Made by a program: the position numbers and the translations under genes. A stretch of 64,000 bases of DNA. It comes from a virus. The notes beneath the pieces are model-generated. The model searched no databases. It saw only the letters and a program-made list of their open reading frames with translations, and was not told the DNA's origin. Numbering within the stretch: position 1 is the first letter of the stretch; the number at the start of each line of letters is the position of its first letter. Shown here piece by piece: positions 38,379 to 48,750 of the stretch. The DNA lies in IMG/VR virus record IMGVR_UViG_3300045988_103180; one strand, given 5' to 3'.

Positions 38379-40146
38379 TTTATTGAAAATTGCGGCCCAT
38401 GATAAAAAAAGCGTTGCCGAGATTGACCCAAAAAAGATTGAGGATAATTTAGATAAATATCAACGTATTATTGCCTATTGGCGTATGTATCCAGATAAAT
38501 TTGTAGATTATATGGCTTCACTCAATCCTAATAATAAGTTTCAATTTTACCCAACTCAGCGTATGATTTTACGTATCAACATGCGATATAGAACCGTCTA
38601 TGAAGTATTTAGTCGAGGATTTTCTAAATCTTTTATGGCTGTTTTGTCTTTAATGGTCAAGGCAATTCTTTATCCAGGTTCTACGTTAATTACAGTAGCA
38701 GATGCTAAAGGTCAGTCAGCAATGATTCTTCAATCAAAGATGCAGGAGATATGTAAGTTAATTCCCGGACTAGCAAGAGAAATTGTTTGGGATACACGAG
38801 GAACCTTGGCAAAGACAAGTCAATCGAAAGATGAAGTAACATACAGTTTCCGCAACGGAAGTACAATTAAGAACGTAAGCATGACTTCTGGTTCTCGTGG
38901 TTTTCGTGCTCAAGCTGTACTTACAGAAGAGGTAGCAACTATTACAGACCAGCAAAAGTACGAAGAAATCATTGCGCCTATGCTCGTTATTTCTAGAAAA
39001 GTCAATGGTAAAGTAGACCCAGATGAAACGTTGAATCAAAACGATATTTACGTTACAAGCGCAGGATTCAAAGGTACTTATGCTTACGACAAACTAATCG
39101 ACGCGCTGTGTCGTATGGTGTCAAGTAATGGGTACGATTCTTTCATTCTAGGAGGCGATTGGAGAGTACCAGTAGTCGAAGGATTACAGCCAGCGAACTA
39201 CATTCAAGCCCAAGAGACAGGCAACTCGATGGACGAGATTGGCTTTGAACGTGAATACGGGTCCGTCTGGTCAGGAACTTTAGACGGTGCGTTCTTCGAC
39301 ATGAATAAGTTTGACAAACACAGGATTATCAATCTTGCCAAGAATGGGTACGACAAGGGACAAAATAGAGACACATTCTATGTTATGGGAGTAGATGTAG
39401 GCCGCCTTAACTGCCCGACAGAAATTGTAATCATTGAATCTTCTCCTGCAAGAACAACAGGCGTTAATGATAAAAAGATAGTGAACATTTTCACTTTATC
39501 TGAATCTCACTTTGAATATCAAGCCATTAGAATTAAGCAATTATTTAATGCGTTCAAATGCGAAGCCATAGTTTTGGATGCGAATGGTTTAGGCGTTGGA
39601 CTGCTTGATTACCTAATTACAGACCAGAACGACCCAGAAACAGACGAGCTTCTTCCTAACATGGGCATTATCAATTTAGACGATATTCCTAACGAGCAAG
39701 ACCGTAAGAATTATAAATCGTTCGAGAATGAAAACACAATCAAAAATGCGATTTGGATGATGAAAGCAAATGCTCCAATGAATACAGAACTGTATTCTTA
39801 CACTCAGACGCAATTGCGCAATGGTAAATTAAAATTTTTAATTGACTCAAATACAGCTAAGAATAAGCTCTTGCAGCAAGCGCAAGGAAAGAAGATGTCA
39901 CCATTACAGCGTCAGGATTATTTGCGGCCATATGTTGCCACGGATATTTTGAAATCACAAATGGCAAATTTGGTACAAGATAATGAAGGTGCAAATATCA
40001 TCCTGAAACAATCTAATAGAAAGATTCTAAAGGATAAAGTGTCTGCTCTAATCTATGGACTCTATTGGTGTAAACGCCAAGAGGATAGGCGAAACCGCCG
40101 CAATTCAAGAGATTTAAGTGGATTTATGTTCTTTACGAAGCATTAG
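38365..40146 (+). CDS. terL: terminase large subunit
   Basis: Trimmed to ATG 38365; SRGFSKSF Walker-A-like, AVLTEEV Walker-B-like, MGVDVGR / VLDANGLG RNaseH-like nuclease motifs; upstream of portal. Confidence 0.8.
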   Translation: MALSNLLKIAAHDKKSVAEIDPKKIEDNLDKYQRIIAYWRMYPDKFVDYMASLNPNNKFQFYPTQRMILRINMRYRTVYEVFSRGFSKSFMAVLSLMVKAILYPGSTLITVADAKGQSAMILQSKMQEICKLIPGLAREIVWDTRGTLAKTSQSKDEVTYSFRNGSTIKNVSMTSGSRGFRAQAVLTEEVATITDQQKYEEIIAPMLVISRKVNGKVDPDETLNQNDIYVTSAGFKGTYAYDKLIDALCRMVSSNGYDSFILGGDWRVPVVEGLQPANYIQAQETGNSMDEIGFEREYGSVWSGTLDGAFFDMNKFDKHRIINLAKNGYDKGQNRDTFYVMGVDVGRLNCPTEIVIIESSPARTTGVNDKKIVNIFTLSESHFEYQAIRIKQLFNAFKCEAIVLDANGLGVGLLDYLITDQNDPETDELLPNMGIINLDDIPNEQDRKNYKSFENENTIKNAIWMMKANAPMNTELYSYTQTQLRNGKLKFLIDSNTAKNKLLQQAQGKKMSPLQRQDYLRPYVATDILKSQMANLVQDNEGANIILKQSNRKILKDKVSALIYGLYWCKRQEDRRNRRNSRDLSGFMFFTKH

Positions 40147-40181
40147 TAGGGTGCGACCAATGCGGTCGTGCCCTATTTTTA
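40146..40181 (+). terminator. rho-independent terminator after terminase
   Basis: TAGGGTGCGACC-AATGC-GGTCGTGCCCTA + T-run. Confidence 0.7.
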
Positions 40182-40273
40182 TATAAAAATTTTTATAAAA
40201 GTTGGGCAAAACTGTATTATTTTATAGAGTGTAATTTTATATGGTATAGTAAGAAATTCCGAAAGGACAAACA

Positions 40274-40630
40274 ATGCGTGATTCTATTGGTGAAATAAAA
40301 ATATATGAAATACTAACAGACGCAGGTTTACCTTTTGAGGAAGAGTATGAATTTGAGGGACTTGTTGGCAAGTCTGGCAGAAATCTTCGTTTTGATTTTT
40401 GCGTATTTGACGATTGCGGAAATATTGACTTCCTTATAGAGTATCAAGGAGCACAGCATTATGTACCTGTTGGAAAATATGGTGGTGGTCGCGCCCTCAA
40501 ATATCAAAAGTATAACGATACATTAAAAAGAAAATTTTGCTTGGAACATAATCTGAAATTAGTTACTATTCCTTATTATGATGAAGGAAGACTAAGTTAT
40601 GATTATATTATGAAAGCAGCAGGATATTAG
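40274..40630 (+). CDS. PD-(D/E)XK-like nuclease fold protein, possible free-standing homing endonuclease
   Basis: 118 aa; FDFCVFD...DFLIEYQGAQH resembles a D..ExQ/K core; own terminator upstream; sits between terminase and portal. Confidence 0.5.
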   Translation: MRDSIGEIKIYEILTDAGLPFEEEYEFEGLVGKSGRNLRFDFCVFDDCGNIDFLIEYQGAQHYVPVGKYGGGRALKYQKYNDTLKRKFCLEHNLKLVTIPYYDEGRLSYDYIMKAAGY

Positions 40631-40640
40631 GAGGTGAGCT

Positions 40641-42242
40641 TTGGCTACCGTTAAAGATAAGAATGAACGCGATTGCCGTATCATTTCAAATGCCAATAGG
40701 CAATCAGGCTCTTTGGCATTTAATAAGATTAAGGTAGGGAACAAAACTCTCTCCAATGACGTTGTTCTTGATATTGGTCAGGTTGTTACAGATAAATATT
40801 CTCGCCGCAAGAAGTACACCAAGGAAGATGTAATCAAGGCTATTGAACAGAATAACCTGAATGAACAGCGTAAAATTTCAAATTATTTTTTTAAGACAAG
40901 CGGTATCTATAGCCGCCTGTGTCGTTATATGGCTTTCCTATTCAAATATGATTGGTTTATTACGCCAATGATATATGATGAAAAATTAAAACAAGATGGT
41001 AAATCTAAAAAGGTAGTTGAAGGTTGGTATAAATCAACACGCTATCTTGAAAATTGTAACCTCAAAAAAGTGTTTGGTGAGATTGCGCTAAAAGTTGTAC
41101 GCACAGGCGCATATTATGGTGTTATTGTACAGCAAAAAGACGCTTGTTTTATTCAAGAATTGCCTATTTCCTATTGCCGCAGCCGTTATCAACTTAACGG
41201 TAATCCTGCGGTTGAATTTAATATGAAATATTTCGATGATGCTTTTTCCGATACTGCGTATCGTTTAAGAGTTCTAAAACTGTGGCCGAAGGAAGTCCAG
41301 AAGGCTTACCTTGCTTATAAGGATGGGAAGTTACCCATTGACTATGCTGGCGATACTAACGGCTGGTTTTTACTTGACCCATCGACAACAGTGAAGTTTA
41401 ATATTACTGGCGGTGACGCGCCACTGTTCATGAGTATTATTCCTAAGCTGTTGGATTTGGAAGACGCGCAGGATTTAGATAAGAAAAAGATGCTTCAACA
41501 GATTTTGAAGATTATTATCCAAAAGATGCCTATTGATAAGAACGGCGATTTAATCTTCGATGTCCAAGAAGCGCAACAGCTCCATACTAACGCGGTTGCC
41601 ATGCTTGGTGACGCTGTTGGAGTTGACGTGTTGACAACGTTCGCGGATGTTGATGTAGCAGACCTTGCGGACAAAGGTAATGTTTCTTCCGTAGACCAGC
41701 TTAATAAAGTTGAACGTTCTGTGTATAACGAAGCTGGCACTGGACAAAACCTTTTTAATGCAGACGGTAATCTTGCATTGGAGAAATCTATTGCAAATGA
41801 TGAAGCTACTATGTCTGACCTTATTTTACAATTTCAGACATTTGCGGAACGTCTGTTGGCACCATTTAACAAGAACAGTAAGCGACTTTATTATCATGTC
41901 GATATTCTGCCAACAACTGTCTATAATTATAAAGACCTATCTAAGCAGTATAAAGATATGACCTCTCTTGGATTCTCCAAGCTCTTGCCGCAAGTTGCTC
42001 TTGGTCAATCTCAGAGTGCAGTGCTTATGACTGCATATTTTGAGAATGATGTTATGTCTTTGAATGAGGTTTTTGTTGCTCCTGCCTTATCTTCTACTAT
42101 GAGTAATAATGGCAATGGAGACACTACAGCGAAGACGAAACAACAGCAGACTCCATCTTCGGGCAATAAGGGCGGTCGCCCTGAAAAACCTGATGACCAA
42201 AAGTCTGACAAAACAATCGCTAATAGAGAAGCGGAAGGATAG
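40641..42242 (+). CDS. portal protein
   Basis: 533 aa, TTG start behind AGGAGGTG; size and position after the terminase; Gly/Lys-rich tail. Confidence 0.7.
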   Translation: MATVKDKNERDCRIISNANRQSGSLAFNKIKVGNKTLSNDVVLDIGQVVTDKYSRRKKYTKEDVIKAIEQNNLNEQRKISNYFFKTSGIYSRLCRYMAFLFKYDWFITPMIYDEKLKQDGKSKKVVEGWYKSTRYLENCNLKKVFGEIALKVVRTGAYYGVIVQQKDACFIQELPISYCRSRYQLNGNPAVEFNMKYFDDAFSDTAYRLRVLKLWPKEVQKAYLAYKDGKLPIDYAGDTNGWFLLDPSTTVKFNITGGDAPLFMSIIPKLLDLEDAQDLDKKKMLQQILKIIIQKMPIDKNGDLIFDVQEAQQLHTNAVAMLGDAVGVDVLTTFADVDVADLADKGNVSSVDQLNKVERSVYNEAGTGQNLFNADGNLALEKSIANDEATMSDLILQFQTFAERLLAPFNKNSKRLYYHVDILPTTVYNYKDLSKQYKDMTSLGFSKLLPQVALGQSQSAVLMTAYFENDVMSLNEVFVAPALSSTMSNNGNGDTTAKTKQQQTPSSGNKGGRPEKPDDQKSDKTIANREAEG

Positions 42243-42248
42243 AATTAA

Positions 42249-43592
42249 ATGCTAAGAAATAGGTCTGTGGCTACAATTGACAGCCCAGAATTCATTAATC
42301 TAGCACCAGATGCTATCAACCCCGGTATTTCTAAATGTGAGATTAAGGTCATGTATCTTGGCAAGAACCGCAACGGCTCTTTTATTGACAAGAACACGGC
42401 CATCCAGATGGCGAACTCATTACCTGCTACACCAATCGTAGCTGCTTATAATGAGAACAAAGAAGACTTTGGTGACCACGGTGAAGTTCTTCACATTGAA
42501 GATGGGGAAATAAAATTCTCTTGCAAGACCGTTCCTTACGGTTTCGTTGCTCCAGACGCAGAAGTTTGGTTCCAAAAGTTCGATGATACGAATGAATTTG
42601 GTGAAACTACTACACGTGAATACATGATGACTACTGGTTATCTATGGACTGGGCAGTATCCTGAATTGGATAAATGTATCAACCAAGGCCAAGGACAGTC
42701 AATGGAAATTGATGACGTTGACGGTCATTGGACAACTGATAGCAACGATGTTGAGTTTTTTATTATAAATGATGCAATCTTTACTAAACTTTGTATCTTG
42801 GGCGATGATGTAGAACCTTGTTTTGAGGGCGCATCTGTCACTAGCCCAGAAGTAAGCGAACATTTCTCTTATAACAAAGAGTTTTCGCATACTTTATTTG
42901 CTATGATGAATGAATTAAAAAGTGCGTTGACAAAAGGAGGGTCTATGCCAAAAGAAAACGTTGAAAGCGTTAAGGTAGAGCCTACTGCCACAGTTGAGAA
43001 AGAAGCTCCTGTGGTAGAAGAGTTTGCCGAAAACGTTGAGACAAATGAAAACGTTGAATCTAGCGAAGACTCCGCCGAAGAAACTTTTGCTAAGGAAGAA
43101 GAGAAGAAAGAAGATAAAAAAGACTCTGATTCCGAAGACAAAGAAGATGAATCAGATGATGATTCTGATGATTCCGATGATAAGGAAGATGAAAAGAAGC
43201 CAGAGAAAAAGCACGAGCTTGAGAATCAGGTTTCTGAACTTTCTGAACAGCTAAAAGAGCTTACCGATAAGTTCACAGCTCTTGAAGCAGAAGCAGAAGA
43301 GCTTCGTAAGTTTAAGGCAGAGCGTATTGATGCCGATAAAGATGCTATGATTGCTAAGTATCATATGCTCTCTGACGAAGACAAAGCGGAAATTATCGCT
43401 GATAAAGATAAATTCACTCTTGGCGAGATTGAAAGCAAGCTCGCTTTACTATATGTCCAGAAGAATGTAAACTTTGATGAAGAGGAAGAAGTAGATTCTA
43501 CACCTCTTACGACATTCTCTTTAGATGATGAAACTATTGCGGAAGATGCTGACCCAATGCTATCTGCTCTCCGCGAAGCACAAAACTATTAA
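42249..43592 (+). CDS. scaffolding protein (possibly with N-terminal protease-like domain)
   Basis: 447 aa; highly acidic E/D/K-rich coiled-coil C-terminal half; between portal and capsid genes. Confidence 0.6.
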   Translation: MLRNRSVATIDSPEFINLAPDAINPGISKCEIKVMYLGKNRNGSFIDKNTAIQMANSLPATPIVAAYNENKEDFGDHGEVLHIEDGEIKFSCKTVPYGFVAPDAEVWFQKFDDTNEFGETTTREYMMTTGYLWTGQYPELDKCINQGQGQSMEIDDVDGHWTTDSNDVEFFIINDAIFTKLCILGDDVEPCFEGASVTSPEVSEHFSYNKEFSHTLFAMMNELKSALTKGGSMPKENVESVKVEPTATVEKEAPVVEEFAENVETNENVESSEDSAEETFAKEEEKKEDKKDSDSEDKEDESDDDSDDSDDKEDEKKPEKKHELENQVSELSEQLKELTDKFTALEAEAEELRKFKAERIDADKDAMIAKYHMLSDEDKAEIIADKDKFTLGEIESKLALLYVQKNVNFDEEEEVDSTPLTTFSLDDETIAEDADPMLSALREAQNY

Positions 43593-43605
43593 ATAGGAGG
43601 ATTAA

Positions 43606-44130
43606 ATGGCTCTACATGTAGACCGCGCTGATACTAAAATTCAGCTTACTGGTCACGACAATTTTGCTGTTGTCGAACCTAACCACCTCTCTGCTCCCCG
43701 CAGTGGTGGCGTTTATGGTCAGCTCCCCGCTGATGATTCTATTACAATGCTTGAACAGGGCACTTTCGTTAAGTACGATTATGCCGCTGGCAAGATTAAC
43801 TTCACTGGTGAAGGCCCTTGGATGATGGTCTTCAATGAAGAAAAGCCCTATGACGAGCGCAAGCAGATGCACCGTGACTACGCCATGAAGAAGTCTGACT
43901 TCTATGATGGCATTATGACACCTCGTGTTTTCCGCATGTATGCTGGTGATATTTTTACTACAAATAATGTCAAGGCTGACGATTATGACCTCGGTGACGT
44001 TCTCGTCCCCGGCACCAATGGTGTTCTTGAGAAGGGCGCTAAGGGCGAAGGTCTAGCCGTCAAGGTTGCTAAGCTCACCACCATGCCCGATGGTCAGCCC
44101 GGCCTTAAACTACAAGTCATTGCTGAATAA
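43606..44130 (+). CDS. head-associated structural protein
   Basis: 174 aa; AGGAGG SD; immediately before the capsid gene. Confidence 0.6.
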   Translation: MALHVDRADTKIQLTGHDNFAVVEPNHLSAPRSGGVYGQLPADDSITMLEQGTFVKYDYAAGKINFTGEGPWMMVFNEEKPYDERKQMHRDYAMKKSDFYDGIMTPRVFRMYAGDIFTTNNVKADDYDLGDVLVPGTNGVLEKGAKGEGLAVKVAKLTTMPDGQPGLKLQVIAE

Positions 44131-44149
44131 GAAAGGAGTAAGATAGATA

Positions 44150-45196
44150 ATGGAACTAATGAAATTTGACGAACTTAAAAAGCTCGCTCGTGCCGCTACC
44201 AAGAATGCTCCCCTTACTTTTTCAGTAAATGGCAACGAGGAATCATTTGACGTTGATACCGTTAATCGTACTCTTCGTGAACAGTTCAATCTACTTGCTG
44301 GCGATTATCGTCTCTTCCGTCGTAACGAGGTCGCTGTCTATGAACTAATTGAAAACACAGTTGACGAGATTCTTCCCGTCAAGGTTATGCAGCAATTTGA
44401 GCAGTTTGCTGATGTTCAGACAATTGCTCAGGGCGATAAGGCCGTCTTCAAGCTCCGCATTACTGAAGCTGCTCGTAAGCGTGCCAAGGCTTTCGTAACT
44501 CGTGTTGGCCTTGCTGGTCGTTACGAGACAATGATGCTTGATGGTAAGGAACTAGAAGTCGCTACTAGCGCTATCGGCTATGCTATCCGCATTGGCTTTG
44601 AGGAATTCCTTGATGGTCGTTATTCATTCGCAGACTTCACCAATATCATGCTTGAAGGTGTTGATGAATATATCTACGCTGAAATCCTAAAGGCTCTGAC
44701 CCAGACTGTCGAACAGCTTCCAACTGCTAACAAGTATGTCGGTGCTGGTTTTGACGAGACTAAGATGGATGAACTACTTGCTATTTCCGATGCTTATGGT
44801 AACGGCACTTCTACCATCTATTGTACTCGTGAGTTCGCTTCTACTATGAAGCCTGCTTCTGCTGACTGGGCTTCTGATTCTATGAAGGAAGAGCTTTTCC
44901 GCAAGGGCTTTTTCGCTGATTATAAGGGCCACCCTGTAATTATCCTCCAGCAGTCTATGGTTGATGAAACCAATGCTGAGAAGGTTGTTGACCCATCTCA
45001 GGCTTATATCTTCGCTTCTGTTGGTGAAAAGCCTGTCAAGATTGTCTTCGAGGGTCAAACTGCCGTTCGTACCGTTTCTGATAATGACGATTGGTCAACC
45101 GACCTCCAAACTTACAAGAAGTTTGGTGTTGCTGTATTCTCTAATCCTTCTATCTGCTCTTATCAGAACACAGCACTAAAAAAAGCAACTCGCTAA
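44150..45196 (+). CDS. major capsid protein candidate
   Basis: 348 aa; AAAGGAG SD; biased C-ending codons suggest high expression; position after scaffold. Confidence 0.7.
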   Translation: MELMKFDELKKLARAATKNAPLTFSVNGNEESFDVDTVNRTLREQFNLLAGDYRLFRRNEVAVYELIENTVDEILPVKVMQQFEQFADVQTIAQGDKAVFKLRITEAARKRAKAFVTRVGLAGRYETMMLDGKELEVATSAIGYAIRIGFEEFLDGRYSFADFTNIMLEGVDEYIYAEILKALTQTVEQLPTANKYVGAGFDETKMDELLAISDAYGNGTSTIYCTREFASTMKPASADWASDSMKEELFRKGFFADYKGHPVIILQQSMVDETNAEKVVDPSQAYIFASVGEKPVKIVFEGQTAVRTVSDNDDWSTDLQTYKKFGVAVFSNPSICSYQNTALKKATR

Positions 45197-45207
45197 ACCC
45201 AACGCCA

Positions 45208-46110
45208 ATGCCTGACCCAGAACCTCCCACACCTGGGAAAGACGAGGTAAATGCTGGCGATTATGATACTGTCTCAGAAGCAATCGCAAATGTTCCCGCT
45301 GGTGGCACACTGTTTGTACCTGCGGGAACCGCTGCAATCGAAGAGCCTGTAACTTTTAATAATGACATTACTGTTAAGGGTAATGGTGTAACCTTTGAAA
45401 AACCAGTAGTGGTTTCAGATGCAGCAGTTATATTTGATAATGTTAAACTAGTAGCTACTGGCGCAGATGCTAATGACAAGACACTTGCCGTCAAGGTTAA
45501 CGGTACGAAGCCTTTCACGCTAAAGAATAGTGAAATTTCAGGTACTACCCGCACTGCACTATCTGTCATGACTTCTGGCAAGATTGTATTTGAGAACAAT
45601 GTATTCGATGCTGGCGATAAGAATATTTACAATATGGTTGAGTTTAGCATCAGCAATGCACGTGATATTGCGGATGTCACCTTTAAGAACAATACGTTCA
45701 AAGGCAAGCTAAAGAATAATGGTGTAAGCCTTTATAATCTTGCTGAAGGTGCTACTATAAATTTTGTGGGCAACGTGTTTGAAGATATTGATGTAAGCAA
45801 TAATCCCGTCCGTCTGAGCAATCCCAAGAATGTTTCCGCTATCTTTAACTTTAAAGATACCACATATTCATTCAATAGCGATACTCCAAGCGCTGATGGT
45901 TATACTGCTTTCATGCTGTTACAGGATTATTCCAAAGCTGGCAACAAGCAAGACTTCTCTAAGTTTACAATCAATTTCGACAACCTTGTTCGTGGCTCTA
46001 AGAAGCTCATGGAGAAGGGTGAAGGAATGGATAAGGTATATTATGTATATGCTGACACTCAGGGAATACTTGCTGATGGAGTTAACGACCCCGTTGTTAA
46101 TTTCAAATAA
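45208..46110 (+). CDS. beta-helix-repeat protein (head fibre/decoration or glycan-binding candidate)
   Basis: 300 aa with repeated ..V.F.NN.F.. strands; terminator 46121..46150 follows; no obvious SD. Confidence 0.55.
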   Translation: MPDPEPPTPGKDEVNAGDYDTVSEAIANVPAGGTLFVPAGTAAIEEPVTFNNDITVKGNGVTFEKPVVVSDAAVIFDNVKLVATGADANDKTLAVKVNGTKPFTLKNSEISGTTRTALSVMTSGKIVFENNVFDAGDKNIYNMVEFSISNARDIADVTFKNNTFKGKLKNNGVSLYNLAEGATINFVGNVFEDIDVSNNPVRLSNPKNVSAIFNFKDTTYSFNSDTPSADGYTAFMLLQDYSKAGNKQDFSKFTINFDNLVRGSKKLMEKGEGMDKVYYVYADTQGILADGVNDPVVNFK

Positions 46111-46120
46111 TGAATTATTA

Positions 46121-46150
46121 GAAGGGGCGCTTTGCGTCCCTTCTTTTTTT
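46121..46150 (+). terminator. rho-independent terminator after capsid operon
   Basis: GAAGGGGCGC-TTT-GCGTCCCTTC + T7. Confidence 0.75.
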
Positions 46151-46175
46151 AAGATTTAAAAGGAGAAAATATAAT

Positions 46176-46745
46176 ATGAGTAATGAAGTTGAACTAATTA
46201 GCGATGATACACTAGTTCCTATCCGCAGTATTGTAAACTGCCAAACTGGGTACATTCTTCCTTCTTCTGGTCGTTCGCGCCGCCTTATGCCTGATGTTAC
46301 TATGCGTGTTACAGCAGGCGAACTGCGCGAGCTGTTTTTCAGCCCCGGCGGTTCAATTCTTTTACAGAACTACATCAATGTAGGCAATAAGTCACTTGCC
46401 GCAGAATTTGGTGTTCCGTATGATGCAATTGAATATGATTGGACAGAAGCAGATGTAAAGAAGTGTCTGACCGAAGATGAAATTGATGTTCTTCTGGACG
46501 CTCTTGATTTTGCGCCACAGGGCATTATTGAGACTCTTAAAGATGATGCAATTAAACTTGAAATTAATGACCGTGCTAAGATTAAGGCCATTGCGGATAA
46601 AACAGGTGTCGATATTGATGCCGCTATTAAGAATAATCATGCTTATGATAATAGTGATACCAATGTTGCTGATAAACCACGTCAACGCCGAGTTCAAAAA
46701 GATGCCGAACCGCGTAAGCGCCGCGTTAAGGCAACTACCGAGTAA
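46176..46745 (+). CDS. virion-module protein
   Basis: 189 aa, AAAGGAG SD. Confidence 0.65.
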   Translation: MSNEVELISDDTLVPIRSIVNCQTGYILPSSGRSRRLMPDVTMRVTAGELRELFFSPGGSILLQNYINVGNKSLAAEFGVPYDAIEYDWTEADVKKCLTEDEIDVLLDALDFAPQGIIETLKDDAIKLEINDRAKIKAIADKTGVDIDAAIKNNHAYDNSDTNVADKPRQRRVQKDAEPRKRRVKATTE

Positions 46746-46771
46746 TATAAAATAAGTAGGAGGTTTGCTCA

Positions 46772-47281
46772 ATGCCACAAGATATAGATATTGATAAAGA
46801 TATGGAAGTCATACCTCCAACTTCTTTTCAGGAGATGTATGAATTTTTCCTAGCGGGCGTTACCGATGATATGTTTATGGAACTCACAAAAGAGGATACT
46901 GAAAAGCTGCTTGAAGAAATTTTGGTTGCGGCAGTTCCTAAATTTGAGTTCCCGCATTGGGCGCACCCATTTACTTTAGATTATGAAAATAAATGTTTCT
47001 CTACTTGCCTTACAGTAGAGGAAAAAATTATCATCCGTTATTATATGATTGCGGAATGGATTAGTTACCAACTTGCTACAGTGGACCTTATTCGTCAGAA
47101 GTATTCAAGTTCAGACTTTTCATTTACGTCTCAGGCTAATCATATGCGTTCACTTATCACGATGAAACAGGAGTATGAGCAGAAAGCGTTTCACGCTCAA
47201 AGAATCTATTGTCGCAGATATGTTGATAATAAAGGCCATGTTCGCTCTTCTTTTGGCATGATTATGGAACCAGTGAAGTAA
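46772..47281 (+). CDS. head-tail joining module protein
   Basis: 169 aa, AGGAGG SD; position-based. Confidence 0.6.
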   Translation: MPQDIDIDKDMEVIPPTSFQEMYEFFLAGVTDDMFMELTKEDTEKLLEEILVAAVPKFEFPHWAHPFTLDYENKCFSTCLTVEEKIIIRYYMIAEWISYQLATVDLIRQKYSSSDFSFTSQANHMRSLITMKQEYEQKAFHAQRIYCRRYVDNKGHVRSSFGMIMEPVK

Positions 47282-47282
47282 A

Positions 47283-47603
47283 ATGGCTTTAATGGTAATA
47301 GATGATAGGATTCTAGACTATCAGGTAGAAAATGTTAAGGATAGTCTAGAACGCATCACAAATCAAATTTTTAAACTTCTACCTACATTTGAAGATGGTA
47401 AAGATTGGATTAAGCCATTAGATACTTTAGTTGTTGAGATTACAGGTATGACTCTTGTAACTCCTAATGTGCCGAAACTTTATCAACTCGTATATAAGCT
47501 GCAAGGCATAAAAGAACAAGGAAAAGATATTGAATTTATGCTTTTTCGCCGCATGATTTTTGAAGCCTGTAATATCGCTAACGATGTTAGGGAGAGCCTA
47601 TGA
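47283..47603 (+). CDS. head-tail joining module protein
   Basis: 106 aa, translationally coupled. Confidence 0.6.
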   Translation: MALMVIDDRILDYQVENVKDSLERITNQIFKLLPTFEDGKDWIKPLDTLVVEITGMTLVTPNVPKLYQLVYKLQGIKEQGKDIEFMLFRRMIFEACNIANDVRESL

Positions 47604-48736
47604 GCATTCAAACATTAGGCGCTCGTCTTCAATGGCTTGGCGGCGATAATATGGGAAGAATTAATCAGTCTAAATATATGTCTTTTCAAGCGGCTTTGAA
47701 AAATGACTATAATAAGAGAATGATTAAATTCAATAATCAGTCTTGGCCTTGTCTTATTAATTCCATGTCAGGAGGTTTGAAGGCTGATTACGATAAGAAG
47801 TATATCTCTGTCGATTTTAAGAGTGGTCTAAAAGCTGGTGAAACTTTTGAGCTTTTAGATAGTGGAACTCATTGGATGGTATATTTGCCAGTAATTACAG
47901 AGACAGCTTATTTGCGGTCTGAAATTATTCGTTGTGATTATACGCTTAATGTAAATGGTCAAGAATATTGGATTTTTTTTAGGGGGCCTGTAGAAACAGA
48001 CCTTCGCTGGTTTATTAAAAACAGTATTAATATCAATGAGCTTAACTTGTCTGGTCGTATCTATATTAAAAATGATGAAAATACTAGGGACTTTTTTCAT
48101 CGTTTTACGCATATCAAACTTGCTGGACATACATGGGAAGTACAAGTTACAGATTCGATTACAGTACCTGGCATTTTAGAGCTTGAAATTCAAGAGTATT
48201 ATGATAATAGCATCGCAGAACTGCCCAGTATTCTCAAAGACGAGACTACACCAATCAATGTTATTAGCGGTGCGACAACGGCTAAACAAGATACTATTGT
48301 TGGATATGCTATCTCAAATGAAGCATATGACCCAAAGATTCATTGGGAAGTCAAGAATAATCCAAGAGTAAAAATACTTGAGGAATATGAGAATGGCCGC
48401 ATGTGTAAAGTTAAAGTATATGCTGGTGCGGTAAAAACATTTGATATTTGTTATGGTAATTTCTTCCAGACAGTAATTGTCGAATGGCAGAAGCCTTTAA
48501 TTCAAGGGCCGCGAGAGGTTTATCCTTATGATATTCATACCTACTGGATTAAGAAACTTCCAGAAGGTGAAAGAGTCGCATTTTCTATTGATGATGAATC
48601 TATGGCTAAGATTGTAGATTCCAATAATGATTCTTGCAAAGTGGAAATTGTATCTGGCAAGAAAGGTAAATTTGTAATTCATGCGGTATATGGTGATGTT
48701 GAGACAGATTTACCAGTTAAGATTAAATCGTTATAA
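47600..48736 (+). CDS. virion structural protein
   Basis: 378 aa, start overlaps upstream stop. Confidence 0.65.
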   Translation: MSIQTLGARLQWLGGDNMGRINQSKYMSFQAALKNDYNKRMIKFNNQSWPCLINSMSGGLKADYDKKYISVDFKSGLKAGETFELLDSGTHWMVYLPVITETAYLRSEIIRCDYTLNVNGQEYWIFFRGPVETDLRWFIKNSININELNLSGRIYIKNDENTRDFFHRFTHIKLAGHTWEVQVTDSITVPGILELEIQEYYDNSIAELPSILKDETTPINVISGATTAKQDTIVGYAISNEAYDPKIHWEVKNNPRVKILEEYENGRMCKVKVYAGAVKTFDICYGNFFQTVIVEWQKPLIQGPREVYPYDIHTYWIKKLPEGERVAFSIDDESMAKIVDSNNDSCKVEIVSGKKGKFVIHAVYGDVETDLPVKIKSL

Positions 48737-48750
48737 GGATTGGAGGTTAC

